This document shows positions 29,014-46,952 of a stretch of 64,000 nucleotides of DNA, one piece after another. The position numbers and the translations under genes are program-made. The notes beneath the pieces were generated by a model that was not told the origin of the DNA, did not search any database, and worked only from the letters and a program-made list of their open reading frames with translations. The number at the start of each line of letters is the position of its first letter. Positions within the stretch are counted from its first letter, which is position 1. The stretch comes from Octopus vulgaris (Eukaryota), in NCBI GenBank assembly GCA_951406725.2, contig OX597816.1, forward strand, positions 170,376,001 through 170,440,000, in the 5' to 3' direction.

Positions 29014-29333
29014 GTGTGTGTATGTACATATTCATATCAATACATACATACACACCCATATAAATGCATGAAATACATACATATGTACATACATACAGAC
29101 ATATATATATATATATATATATACCAAGGAAGGCACATATATATATATATAGATGTAGATGTATATATGTATAGGCAAATTTATTGTTGAAAAAGCATCT
29201 AAATTCGAAAAACTTGTAGATGTTCTTAAATAAATTTATTTTAAATCAGTTACAAGTTTTTAGGATTTAAGCGCATTTTCAACAAGTTTGCCATTATGTT
29301 TTTCTACCTGGAAATATACCCCCTCTTTTATTC

Positions 29334-29365
<32 letters not shown>

Positions 29366-29857
29366 TGTATGTATGTATGTATGTATGTATGTATGTATGC
29401 ATGTATGTATTTATGCATGTATGTATGTGCCTGAACTTGGCATACTGTTTTAGAAAGAAACTCCCTTTATAATTCTTCTATATAAAAATAGCTGACATGT
29501 TAACGGTGATTGTTAGGAATTCATTTTAATTAACTTCCTTTTGAAGACTCCGTCCACACTTAACCGTGAGTGAGAGAATGCGATTTAGCTTTCATATGAA
29601 CTACTTGAAGAGAGTAGTCTACACTCTTTATAATCGACGTATGAAAATGCAGTTACAGAAGCGAGTTTATCACTTATATTTAAAAGGAAATACTTGTTGG
29701 GTTCCTCTATGCTGGTTTTCAAATATCCTTTTGCTGTTCTAAAACAGCTATTGTTCTGTGTAGTGCTTGTCATATATAAAGGATTTCTGCTAGTAGCATT
29801 TACTCTTGCCGTTTGGTTTTTCTTTCTTTTTAGTGCAGGAAGCTATATCTGTCTCGG

Positions 29858-30242
29858 GTGGAGGCGCAATGGCCCAGTGGTTAGGGCAGCGGACTCGCGG
29901 TCGTAGGATCGCGGTTTCGATTCCCAGACAGAGCATTGTGAGTGTTTATTGAGCGAAAACACATAAAAGCTCCACGAGGCTCCGGCAGGGGATGGTGGTG
30001 ATCCGTGCTGTACTCTTTCGCCACAAATTTCTCTCACTCTTACTTCCTGTTTCTGTTGTACATGTATTTCAAAGGGCCAGCCTTGTCACACTCTGTGTCA
30101 CGCTGAATCTCCTCGAGAACTACGTTAACGGTACACGTGTCTGTGGAATGCTCAGCCACTTGTACGTTAATTCCACGAGCAAGCTGTTCCGTTGATCGTA
30201 TCAGCTGGGACCCTCATCGTCGTAACCGACGGAGTGCTCCTA
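29858..30242 (+). mobile_element. tRNA-derived SINE with 14 bp TSD
   Basis: GGCGCAATGGCCCAGTGGTTAGGGCAGCGGACTCGCGG...GTTTCGATTCCC head. TATATCTGTCTCGG at 29844-29857 and 30243-30256. Confidence 0.85.
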
Positions 30243-30815
30243 TATATCTGTCTCGGATTTAGTATGCTGCGTTGAAGCAAAAAAGAATAAAACGGCTGAA
30301 AAATGCTTGAAAGTAACGTGTTAACGTTTTAAAGAAATATTACATAACACATGAGTATGAGTTAGTGAGTGTGTGTGTGTGTGTGTGTGTGAAAGTGAGA
30401 GAGAGAGAGACAGACAGACAGACAGATAGAAAGACATAGAGAGAAAGAGATAGTCGGCGCGTGTGAGGTGGCGAGTTGGTAGAATCGTTAGTGCGCCGGG
30501 CATTTCCTCCTTTAGATTCTGAGTTCAAATCGCACCGAAATCGACTTTGCCTTTCATTCAATTCGGATCGATAAAATAAGTACCAGTTGAACACTAATGT
30601 AATCAACATACCCTCATGCCCTGAAATTGCTGGCTTTGTGCCAAAACATGAACGCAATATATATATGGCTGTGTAGTAAGAAGATTGCTTCCCAGCCACA
30701 TGGTTTCAGGTTCAATACTACTGTGCGGTAACTTGAGTAAGTGTCTTCAACTATAGCCTCGCGCTAACCAAAGACTTGTGAGTGCATTTAGTAGACGGAA
30801 GCTAAAAGAAATCTG

Positions 30816-30920
<105 letters not shown>

Positions 30921-31136
30921 TGTGTGTGTGTCTGTGTTTTTCTTCCCGCCTTCGCATGACAACCGATGCTAGTGTGTTTACGTCCCCATGACTTATCTGC
31001 TTGGCACAAGAGACCGATAGAATAAGCACTAGGCTTACAAAGAATAAGTTCTGGGATCGATTTCTTCGACTGTAATCCTTTAAAACGGTGCTCCGGCATT
31101 GCCACAATCAAATGACTGAAAGTAAAAGAATAAAAT

Positions 31137-31168
<32 letters not shown>

Positions 31169-31263
31169 CATATATATATGTATATAAACCTAAAGCTACC
31201 TGAGTTAAAATGGATAACGTCTAAGCAGTAGCAGTGGTTGTGGTTGTGGTGGTGGTGTTAGTG

Positions 31264-31315
<52 letters not shown>

Positions 31316-32259
31316 GGAATGGTGGTGATGGTTGTGGTGATGGAGGGGAGGTAGGGTGGAGAAAAGGAAGAGGAGACAAACGAATGCAAATTGAAGTCAT
31401 TTAGTATTCCACATGAAAATTTCTGAAAATGAAGAAATATAAACACTTAAGGAAAATAATGTAGGAGGGAAATTTTATATGTGAAAAGATTAGACACTGA
31501 AGTGAACTGGCATCGCAGACAATTAGGGTGTATTCATTTATTCTTATATTCTTTTGCTGCTGGGGTAGCCTGCAGATATTTTTGTTAATATATGAAAGTT
31601 ATTAAGTACAAATGGATATAAAATATAATACGCAGTAATCAATAAAAAAAATACAGGAGGAAATTGAACAAAATATTAAAAGATGACACACAACTTAATC
31701 GTATTTAAAATAGAAAGAAACCAGTATAATAAAATATAGAAATGACGCGATATAGCATTCTTACATTGTACCGAATGAATATACAAGTAAGCAGGCCTAT
31801 TTAAAGAGAATCTGGCGGGTGACGAGATACGTTTCAGCATTTAGATGCGTCCCTTTAGATTTTGAGATCAAATGAAATGAGATATACCTCAGCATCATAA
31901 TTTCGCGTTCGATAAAATAAATAGCAGTCAGGTAATGGTGTCGATACACAGCACATAAAATATAAGGCTTGCATTTGTGACAGCCAATTCATATAGTACA
32001 TTGTTGTCATTTCTCTTTCAAGATAAGCAGCTTCTATTTCATACATTTTTGTACGCTGAAGACAGTCTCGTGTTTGAAATCCTTTAATCGTGATAAAAAA
32101 TTTAACATCCAGTTTCAGATTAAATTTAGGCCTTTACATACAAACACACACTTATAATACATCACTGTGTTGACCAGACAATCGTATAGGGTTATATATT
32201 ACTAATCACAGTGCACTTATATTCTTCTTTTCAATGCACCCTTCACTTCAATTTGAGAT

Positions 32260-34080
32260 AGAATGTTTTGGCTTATATCAGCTTTTAATAGCCTTGGAAG
32301 TCTTCAGAGAATCCTTTTCCCGATCTCTGCGTTAAGGCTTGATAATCACACGGATTCACCTATTTTCTCTAACCTTCACGACATATTTATGTCAGAGGCA
32401 TTTGTGATTCCGGTATTCTGTGGTCTCATTGTTCATTCCACTCCGTTCCCAAATTACTTCATTGCGGGAATGATCCCGTAACGAAATGCCTAGCATGGAT
32501 TTTGCCATTGACCTTCCTATCTTTGCCTGTCGTTGCCCTTCCTTCTTTGTAGTAACTCAAGTCATAAATGCGTGTAGGAGCGTGGACAAGAGGGTTATAC
32601 TGGAGAGAGGTTACGTAAGGCCTTGTGCTGTGAGAACAACATTAATGCCTTCGATTCTGCTCTTTCTTTGCACGAGGTTTCAGCAAAGATATTGGTCATC
32701 AAACAGCCTATTCAGAAGGATCCTGGGTAAGAATTGGATCTGTATAACTCCAAGTGTTCATCGCTGAAATGAAATCAATTAAGTTCTGGTTGACAAATGG
32801 TGGCTTCTGCAGGACGTCTGCGTCTTAGTAGTACTCCACAACGACTGTAACCATAGTTTGCTACGGGAAAAATCATTATCGGTGAAATTATAAAGTAAAA
32901 GATAATGCACATCACCACGAAAAACCAACACTTCAAAATCTTCACTATGATTCAGAAGGAAACTTGAGTTACTTTGAAAAAATCGGTGAAGATTATAATC
33001 CAGAATATGTAAAGCTGCATGTGGAAAGCGAGAACTGCAACCTCGCAGGAAGTGAAATGCAAGAGAAACGGAAGACTATGAAAGGAACAAGAAAGACCGA
33101 CTTGAGTATTCCGTTTTCGAAAATTATGTATTGACATAGCTGCTGCAGAAGAAAAGAAAAGTCTAAAGTGATGCAGGAAAACAATCGATTCTCTACAGTC
33201 ATAAGTATTGGGGCATGAGTCACCCATGTTGGTCATTAAAATAGAAAATGCTTTAATATTGATGAGAGATGAACCTCCTGAAAAAGATGATATAATATAG
33301 AAAAGGATAATGAGTGGTGGAGAGCACCGTAGGAAGATCTTCGTTCTACCTATCAATCGATATTTAAAAGGAAAAATATCCTCAGTGCGGAAGAAGTTGA
33401 ATACCTCCATTTTAATGAGAGTTATGGGGAAAATCTAAGAAACTATAGCCCCATATGTATCTGGTTTCATCTCTACAAGTTGTTGATAAAGATTATAGTC
33501 ACCAGACTATCGAAATCTCTCAATGAACAACAGCTGAGGGTGCAATCATGCTTGCAGATCCACACCCTCAATAGATCTCATAGATCTCAATAGATCTCCC
33601 TATAGCACAACATAAGAGAGAGGGAAAAAGTATTAGCATATTTTTCACTGTCCTTTGATACCCTTCGGTAGCATACAGGTGAACGAAGCACTGAAGTGTG
33701 TGGAGATGGAAGGGGTCGAGGTACATTATATCAAATTTCTCAAGGAGGCAATCTTGAACCTTGCTCTGCTGTCACCACCCGCAAGAGTTTTAGACAGAAA
33801 GGCTCTCGTAACAGGAAACACAATCTCTTCAAAACTCTTCACTACATGTCTCACTACAAAAGATACCTGTTGATAGGAAAAGTGGCATTAACACTTCTAA
33901 CTTGTAGGCAGAATCGTGCACATCGCAAAAACAGTTAATTTGCAAATGATGCAGATCAAAGTTTCTCAGTAGATTTCAAAATAAATCATTTGGAAACAAA
34001 ATACATGCGATCCAAAAACCTAGCACAAGGCATAAGTAAACGAAAATGAAGCAGCTAGAGGCATATATTCTGAACAGCAT
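32260..34080 (+). mobile_element. Highly degenerate RTE-like LINE (APE endonuclease and RT remnants)
   Basis: Fragments read NEIN.VLVDK...DV.V...NHSLLR (APE end), ENLRNYSPIC...HLYKLLIKIIVTRL...LNEQQ (RT start) and GNTISSKLFT. Confidence 0.6.
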
Positions 34081-34548
34081 AAACAAACCCGTGTATATAA
34101 AATACTATACAACATAAATTCTTGATTTATTAAAATTATTTCCAACCCTAGAGTATGTGTCACAATTATCAAGTGGCAACTTAGACGAACGTTATATGAG
34201 AAGACGTGGCGATCTCAAAAGTAAAGCAGTCTTCAAAGTGGTCATGCTATTTAGGAAAATTACAAGCTTATTGTCCAGAAATAAAGAGATGAATTTAATA
34301 AATCCAGAATTTATGTAGTATGGTTTTTCAGCTATATATTTGTCTGTGTTGTTGAAATATATACCACTACTAAATGAGATCGTTCTTGCTTAATTATGCC
34401 AATTAACCAGGCAATAAATGTGCTCTAATGTCTCTTAGAAACTGGAGATAAGTTAAAAGGGGCAATTGTGGAGCTGTTGCACACCTATTGAATTATAAAC
34501 TCGTAGTCACGACTGTCCACTTTTGTATCTCAATGTCGGATAATAACA

Positions 34549-34700
34549 TCATCATCATTGTTCGACCGTGGTCGAGACAATGGAATTTACCATGCTACGC
34601 CAGACTTCACGGTCCATCATAGCATTACGGAGGTACTGTTGCTAGATGCCTGAATCCCTGGAGATTATATCAGGATAGGAGTGTGTGCGCCATCTGGTAT
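34549..34700 (-). mobile_element. RTE-like LINE 3' end with (TGA)n tail
   Basis: Minus strand encodes YPDIISRD...LRNAMMDREVWRSMV, then (TGA)n. GGAT(A/G)ATAACA at 34538-34548 and 34701-34711. Confidence 0.65.
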
Positions 34701-35574
34701 GGATGATAACAACGTTTTGAGAATGAGAATAGTCAATGGTACAGATTTAACTGATACCTACAGCATCGAATAAATAAAAACAATGCCATTTAGCACTTTT
34801 ACATCAACTAAAACTCTATAAATGTTAAAATAAATATATTATTGCGTTATGCATTAACCCTGAACATGAAATCAAGCATAACATGATTCTCTTTAAAAAT
34901 ATGAAAACAAATGATGTATAAATATCACATATTTTGGCTTAGGGAAGAATGCTATTTTTAGAGGGAATTAATCATACCTTTTTTTTTTTAATGTGTTATA
35001 TATGATATAGTTTATCAAAAGCGTGAGAATCCTTGAGAATTAAACTTGTACATTTAATAACATTTGCTTGCAGATTTAAGCAACGCTAAATTCGACCGGA
35101 AATAGATATCAGTTATCATAAGTATGAACTCCATATCTATATCTTCAGAATGTACCATCAGTTATTATATGGTGTTCTGGGGAAAATATATTAAAAATAT
35201 TCTAAGAAAGAGAGTGTCCACTCGTATCTTTTACTCAGCTTACTGCCGGCCATTATGTACACGCCTCCATCCATATTTGTCTTGATATATTCTTAACCTA
35301 ACAATACCACCTGTTCATTTGTATTATGAACGATCGTTCATGTAATATTATTGTTGCTGTCATAAGCTCTGACTTTTAAATGGTATATTTTATAAATCTT
35401 GTATAGTTCATTATACCTAACTGTGATATATTGTTGCACTTTTGCTTCAAATGTTCCGATGTTATATTTAAGTTAATCATATTCAATTTGAATAAAATGT
35501 AATCTAACAATAACGACCCAATATTATTACACTCCACACACATACACATATATACGTATTTATATATGTATATA

Positions 35575-35625
<51 letters not shown>

Positions 35626-35689
35626 GCATATATGTATATATATATATACATATATGTATATATACATATACATGTATATATATATATAC

Positions 35690-35758
<69 letters not shown>

Positions 35759-37619
35759 CATATATATATTATATATATACGTATATATACATAGATGTAT
35801 GTGTATATATACATACACAAACGCATCTGCCACTTATTTCATATTTCACATTTATTAAGAAACATTTCAAATGTTAAATTTTAACCTAAAAAAGCACCGT
35901 TTCCTTTAGGATTATCAAAGGTGTTTGCAAAAAATGATCATGAGATGACAATTTTAATGGATATATTTTATATTCATTCAAAGTATAATTTTTAATGAAT
36001 ATATTTTAGCTTTTTTTCAAAATGCCCCAGTATTATTGTTATGATTTATGAAAAAAATTATGAAACGTTAAAAATAATATATGTGATTTTATCTTGTAAC
36101 TACAGTATATTGAAACATGTGAACTTGATTGGATTGCATGGCTGTAAACAAACATGTCACTCTAGTTTGACAGGATGTATTCCAAACTAGAGTTTCTCAA
36201 TAAAATTTGTGTTATATCATGAATGTGTCCGCTTTAGTTGTGAACAATAGAATATTTATGGCTGAAAGTATTTCCTTGATATAAGCTTGCTGTTTTTCTT
36301 GTTTAGGTGCAGGTTACTCTTCTTTAAAGTGACATATCACAAAGGCAGCCCAGTTCTGAACATTCCGTCGTATATATGTATTAGTCTTTTTTAAAGTCAG
36401 TATGGTGTTGCTCGAGAAAGACTACAGGATGTTTCTTGCAGGCCTAGTGAATCGTCACTTACACGGCTTTCATTCAGTATTGACATATAGAATACCTTTA
36501 AAATAATCAGAAGCAGAATCAACCGGAAGTAACAGTCTAAAGCAACGAATAATATATTCTATATCTCAAGTAAATGGATGCTGAAAATCAGAGACAGACA
36601 GACAGACTCACACACATAGATGCATGCGCGCAGAAACACACACTCACATATATGGAGGCTGCATATTTGCATTAATAGCTTATGACTTCAGCACTGAGAG
36701 ACTGCACAAATTAAACAGCCCGTTGTGTCACTTAACAAGATGGCGAAACATTCATACTGGGTCTAATCAATAGCGGTTTCCATTATCTAATTTAAGCTGT
36801 CAGTTGATAACTGGGCCTTATAATTTTTACTGACACTTTATCAAAATGCTAACCGAATATTACTAAGCATAACTCAAACAGATCCTATTTCATATTTCAT
36901 AATTTTCCCCATTTGATAGTCGTTCACTAATACCTAGCAGCCGGTACAAAATTTTGTGCTTTTGTATAACTTGTTCAGCTACTGGTTCTAACATGAGATG
37001 CAAAAGGATAAATTCGACGAAAATTTATGCACTATCCATTGAAAATCCTCCTTCGCCAATTAGACCAGCTTCTAATGACAGAGATTTTTCCTACGTCTAT
37101 TAAACCTTGCTTATTCAGATTTCAGTCACGAACAGTGAGCAGAATAATTGATCATCCACAGAGTGTGTTCAGTATGCATTTCTTTGGTTTCTATACTTTT
37201 CTGCATAAAATCATCATATCTTGTACCCTAGCTATGCTGTAAGAACATATAGTTAAAAATGGAGAGGCAACCGCTCTTGCGTTTGCAGAAGTATATAAAA
37301 TATCTTCAGACACGCTTCAATAAGATGACAAAAAGACCGATAAATTGTATGTGCTAGAATGCTAATTCTTTGAGAAGGTATCCACCGATACAGACACCAC
37401 TGTATATTTTACGACAAACGAAGGAAATGCTCGACTTGCGATGTTGGTACCTATGAAGAAAATTTCAATACTTTAAGTCTAACACATACACACCCATACA
37501 CATAGAAACATTAAAGTGTATACAAAGATGAAAAATCACGTATAAGGAAACACACACACACACACACATATAGTCATTTCAAATAAAGAATCAATTCAAA
37601 CAAATATTAAAATTAACAG

Positions 37620-37799
37620 CAGCGAGAGAAGCTGCAAAAGGAATGTATTAGCTTGACACTCGGTAAAAGGAGAGAGTATTTGACGTTTCGAGCATAGTGT
37701 TTCGTCGAAAAGAAGAAAGGGAAAAATCCAAAGAAGGAAAAGAAATTGCCAGCAGCTCATGTGTAGCTACGTTGCTGAAGTGACCGGAAGTGTGTGTGC

Positions 37800-37836
<37 letters not shown>

Positions 37837-39515
37837 CGTGTGTGGTATTATTGCTATGACTGTGTATTCGTGTTTGAGCAGATGATCTACGTATGACGGT
37901 GTAACTCAATGAGTAGGTTAGTAGCGGGTGTTTGATTAAGTCGAAGGAGGTGAAAAATGAGTGAGTGGGTGGGTGGGTGTGGGTAAGTGAGTGGGTGTGG
38001 CCGTGTGTGTGTATGCGTTTGCATGAGTGCGCATAACCGAGTGAGAATGTATGTGATTGTGTGTGCGTATATGCATATGAGTGTGTGTATTTACATATAC
38101 ATATGTCTGTGTGTGTATGTGTGTATGTGTGTATATATGTACATATGGGAGCGTGTGATGTCATGTGTGTGTGGAGGTATATATACAGGCGTGCGTATGT
38201 GTGCTTGTGTGTGCGTGTGAGTGAGAGAGAGAAAGGCGAGGTGACACGTGTGTGGATGCGTTGATGTAGCCGTACTTATGTGTTTCTGTGCGTGCGCACA
38301 TGAGCGTGTATACAGGCGTGGATGTGTGTTTGTACGTGTGTGCGTGTGTGTATGTGCCCTTGTGTGCGAGTGTATGTGTGTGAGTGTATATATATGCGTA
38401 TGAGCAGGTGTGCATGTGTGTGTACGTGTGTGCGAGTGTATATTAGAATATGTATGTGTGCGTATGAGTGTGTATGTGTGTGTCTGTGCGTATAAGTGTG
38501 TGTGTGTATATCTGTGCGTTTGAATGTGCATGAGGGCGTGTGTGGATGTGTGTGTGTGTGAATGTGCATGTGTGAGTATGGAGTGTAATGGTGTTTGTGT
38601 GTGTGTGTGTGCGTATGAGTGTGTGTGTTTGCATGTGAGGATCTCTATGTCGCTGTGTTTGTGTAGCCATGTGTGTATGTGTCTGACTGTGTGAGAGGGC
38701 GTGTGTGGGGTGTGTGAGTGGGTGTATGACTGTCTATGTATATATATTTGTGTGTGTGTGTATATGTGTATGTATATGTGTGTGTGCGTATCTTTGCGCA
38801 TATGTGTATATATTATGTCTGCATCGAAGGTTCTATTTGCACATGTCAGGATAAGTCAACGTGTATGTGTGTGCAATATGTGTCTGTATATTACACAGGG
38901 ACGGGACTCATGTAATATTGGTGTATGATGGATAGAAACTGCATAACTTGAATATGAAAAATAAAATAAAAATATAATATAAAATAAAATTACAATATCT
39001 TCTAAAAGCGGTGTACAAGATGTCACAGGAAGGAACGGGTTGTGTTTAGTCGAACTGAAGTATCAGTTCGGAGAGTATAAATGTATCTCTATTCAAGGCG
39101 AAGTTTGGTGTTGGCGGATCCTTGGTGTAGGGCAAGGCCGAATACTGTGAGGTGTGAGGTGGAATGTCCCGTAAAGCAAAACTGACGGACAATGGAGGTA
39201 TTTCTATGCGGGCGGATGTCTGGCTAGGTGTTCCGTGAACCGGTTGGCTTTCTGACGGGCCGTCTGACCAACATATAAACGGTTACATAGATTGCACTGA
39301 ATGAAGTATATAAGGTTCGATGGCGTGCATGCATCGGATGTTGTATATAAGGTTAGAGGAAATGCCTGCACTTCCTCTAACCATATATACAGCGTCCGGT
39401 GCAATCTAAACAACTGTCTATATGCTCGATAGACGGATCATCGGCTTGCCGACCGGTTCAGGAAAAACCTTCGGGACGTCAGCCTGTGTAGAAATACCCC
39501 TGTCGCCCGTCATTA
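37620..39515 (-). mobile_element. Penelope-like element remnant (GIY-YIG endonuclease) with embedded GT-rich low-complexity tract
   Basis: 39225-39335 minus encodes CTPSNLIYFIQCNLCNRLYVGQTARQKANRFTEHL (GIY-YIG with CxxC). An inverted partial copy lies at ~39395-39512. Hammerhead-like GAAACGTC motif at 37682-37710. Degenerate (GT)-rich tract 37790-38900. Linking these into one element is inference. Confidence 0.65.
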
Positions 39516-39638
39516 TGTGTGTGTGTATGTTTGTGAAATCAACAAGAACAGCAGAATGAATCTGTCGTAGAGAGGTGAAAAATCTAACGCTACCAGACCT
39601 TCTTCAGGGAGAACTTGGCAGAAGTGTTATATAATTTA

Positions 39639-39800
39639 CCAGCAAAGGTACCCGGCGTTGCCCGGGAATGAAATTGTTCGTTATAGAAGAAGAAAAAAGC
39701 AAAATATTTTGTATAGAAATTTGTAATTCAAAATTCAATTTATTCTTCAATTGGGATGCAATTTATTCTTTAATTAGGAAATCGATTCTGAATCCATAAT
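39639..39800 (-). mobile_element. Helitron 3' terminus
   Basis: Minus strand reads CCCGGGCAACGCCGGG hairpin (39666-39651), 8 nt spacer, then CTGG|T, fitting the CTRR|T rule. Confidence 0.75.
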
Positions 39801-39804
39801 ACAA

Positions 39805-39975
<171 letters not shown>

Positions 39976-40670
39976 CATGTAACGATGAGATTGAAACGGT
40001 AGACCACCTAATCTCAGGGTGTAGAGTCTTAGCACCTGTAGAATATAAAGCAAGACATGACAGCGTCGGCCAATATTTACACTGGGCAATATATCTGCAT
40101 TATATAATATCAAAACCGCTGACAAATGGTATAAACACCATCCTGAAGCTGTGACTGAGGGAGAAAATGTGTCGATTCTATGGGACTTCCCCGTACAGAT
40201 CGACAAAGCTATAAAAGCTAATAAACCGGATATTATTAGACAAAAAAGATGTGTTTATCAATTGACATGAGTATCCCTTGCGATCACAATATAGCGGCGA
40301 AAGAATTTGACAAGATTAGTAAATAGAATTTGAAAAAATGTGACATCTCAAGGCGACTACAGTACCAGTGATTGTAGGATCTCTAGGAATGATAAAAAAA
40401 GATGCTGAAACCTATTTGAAAATGATTCCAGGCTTACCATCCCTACAGGAAGTGCAAAAATCGTGTTAACTGGAACAGCTCATCTACTGAGAAGAGCATT
40501 GTCGCTGTGAAAACATTAATGAATTTATTTATTCATTAATTTTTTAAACAGATATTTTACCTGTGAATTTGCGTGTGTAATCTGGGAATGCATACAATGT
40601 GTTTCTCTGCCCTAGGTGTACGGAAAACACTCGGCGAGAAACGGAAGAAAATTGGAAGAAAGAAGGAAAA
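39976..40670 (+). mobile_element. R4/Dong-type element B, 5'-truncated (RLE domain and 3' UTR)
   Basis: ETVDHLISGC..LAPVEYKARHD, ILWDFPVQIDK..ANKPDI, PVIVGSLG, then a 3' UTR ending in (TAA)n. Preceded by (TAA)n 39805-39975. Confidence 0.85.
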
Positions 40671-40703
40671 ATAATAATATTAATAATAATTATAATAATG
40701 ATG

Positions 40704-44357
<3,654 letters not shown>

Positions 44358-45243
44358 GTGCACTACGAGTTGAGAAAGAGTGGACTTCTTCTCAACGACC
44401 TTCTCTTCATGGATAATATAAAACTGATCGCAAAAACAGAGCCTGAAATAGAGAGGCTGGTTGAAACTCTGCAAACGTGCAGCAAAGATATAGAGATGGA
44501 ATTCGGTTTCTCGAAGTGTGCAGTACTTACTCTGAAGCGGGGTAAAAGTGTAAATTGCAAGGACATAGAATTGCCAAACGGAGACAGAATGGAAGACCTG
44601 GATAATAGGATTAGGAACTGGAAAATATCTTACACAGAGAATTGAAAGGCAAGGCCATCACTGTATATTTGAAGCGCCTCAAGCGTTTCTTGAATTGAAG
44701 GCTCAACCCAAGTAACCTTGTGACTGCCATCAACATATGAGCTGTTGTCGTAGTCCGCTGTAGTGAACCCATTCTGAGATGGACACAAGCGGAGGTTGAC
44801 CAATGCGTTCGCACTATCCGAAAGACAATGACAAGGTACAGTGCCCTCCATCCTAAGGCAAATGTACACAGGCTCTACATGAAGAGAGATAAGGGTAGAC
44901 GTGGGCTGATTAGCGTACGGGAGTGCTTCAACATGGAAAGAAGAAACATAGCAGAATATTTGGTAAACAGCAAAGAAGACCAGCTACATTACGCTGCTAG
45001 TGCAGAAGGAGTTAGCAAAAATGAACTCGGGAGTGCTCATGAACTCCGAACAAGAACAGCCAGCGAGAGAGAAGAACATGACTCCGTATAGAATTACATG
45101 GTCAGTTCCACCATGGAACCAACTAATCCAGAAAGGTGACCTAAAATGAAAACAGAAAGCCTAATCCTCGCGCCCCAGGGCCAGATATTGAACACGAACT
45201 CAGTGAAAAAGAATATATACCACTCAAGTGCATCGGACCCTTT
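44358..45243 (+). mobile_element. R4/Dong-type element C fragment
   Basis: LLFMDNIKL..K, DIEMEFGFSKCA, ALHPKANVHRLYMKRDKGRRGL, ETESLILA. Flanked by (TAA)n 44189-44357 and 45244-45368. Confidence 0.85.
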
Positions 45244-45261
45244 ATAATAATAATAATGATG

Positions 45262-45368
<107 letters not shown>

Positions 45369-45379
45369 TCAAACTTTAT

Positions 45380-46848
45380 AGTAAAGATGAAGTCCAAGTC
45401 ATTTCCCTCGATGATACGGTGTATACATTCAGTGCTAATATTGGAATGGAGTTCGGACTGAGAAGGTATGGTGTATTAGACTCGAAGAGAGGCAAAATCA
45501 AATGTATGGCCGGGATAACGATACCGTCGGGCGAGGTTATGAAGCAGATAGAAGAGATGGGCTATAAGTACTTGGGGAATTTGGAAATGGATAAATTCAT
45601 GGAGAAAGAAGTAACAGATAAATTTAAGGCGGAGTACTTGCGCAGACTGAGACTGATCCTTAAGTCGAAATTAAACGGACGGAATAAGATCGAAGCTATC
45701 AACACCAGGGCGGTTTCACTCCTTAGATATGGAGCAGGAGTAATCGCATGGACAGCAAACGAATTAAACAGCTTAGACAGAAAGACAAGGAAGTTGCTTA
45801 CTAGATATGGGTCACTCCACCCAAAAAGTGACAAAGACAAAATCTATGTACCAAAAAAAAAGAGTGGCAAGAGGACTTATTGGATGCGAACACAGCATTA
45901 GAGAAGAAGAAAGCAACAGAGTATGGTATGTGAAAAAATGCCACAGAACCGCTATTATTAGAAGTAAGAAGGTCAGGCTTGTGTAGGATGAAAGATTGCC
46001 AAGATAAAGCACTATACAAGAAGTTGAAAACGAATGGAACTGAAAATAGGTGGATAAGGATAAGAAAGCATGGTCAATTTCATAAGGATGTTGAAGACTA
46101 AAAGTGATTTAAAACCGGATACGGAGGCTCTAATCTGTGCTGTCTGAGAACAAGCACTAAGAAAAACTACATAAAATACAGAATAGACAACACGGCAGAA
46201 AGTGATAATTGCAGAATCTGTGGACAAAACGGTGAAACCTATGGTATATAACCAGCCAATGTACGCCACTAGTCCAGAAGGAATATAAGAGACGCTACGA
46301 CAATATAGCTAGCATTGTCCATTGGACACAAGTATGGACTTGAATAGAGCGAAATATTGATACGATCACAAACCTGAAGGCATCGTTGAAAATGGAAATG
46401 TAAAGATCCTATGGGATTTTATGATTCAGTGCGACCATGAGAATAGGAAAGCTAGACATAGTCTTAATTGAGAAAGAAAACAAACTATGCTGGATCATAG
46501 ATATAACATGCCCGGCTAACAAGAAGGTATGTGATAAGGAAGAAAGAAAAGTCGATAGATATGACAGGTCAGCTTGGGAAGTTGAGCAGTTGTGGCCGAT
46601 GAAAAAGTAACAGTAGTGCCAATAATTGTCGGAGCCCTGGGAACAGTGAGCAAAAATCTCGAGAAATACGTCGAACAAATAGGGGCTGCAATAAGGGTGG
46701 AGCATTTGCAGAAAACAGCACTGCTTCGAACAGCTCGAATACTCCAGAATGTGCTCGAAAAATACGAGGTGTTACCTTAGTTCAGTGATAATGAACAGCT
46801 AACGCTGTAATACATCTCCAGCGTTAGAAGCTGTGTGCAAAGGCAATC
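45380..46848 (+). mobile_element. R4/Dong-type element D, 5'-truncated
   Basis: IGMEFGL, YKYLG, LNGRNKIEAIN, CRICG, ILWDFMIQ, VPIIVGALG, then a 3' UTR and (TAA)n 46850-46952. Confidence 0.88.

Positions 46849-46952
<104 letters not shown>

Noticed and set aside
29862-29935. tRNA gene-like sequence
   Set aside because: It is the head of a TSD-bounded SINE with no proper acceptor stem or terminator.
38091-38801. 236 aa His/Thr-rich ORF
   Set aside because: Degenerate (CA)-rich tract, open in several frames.
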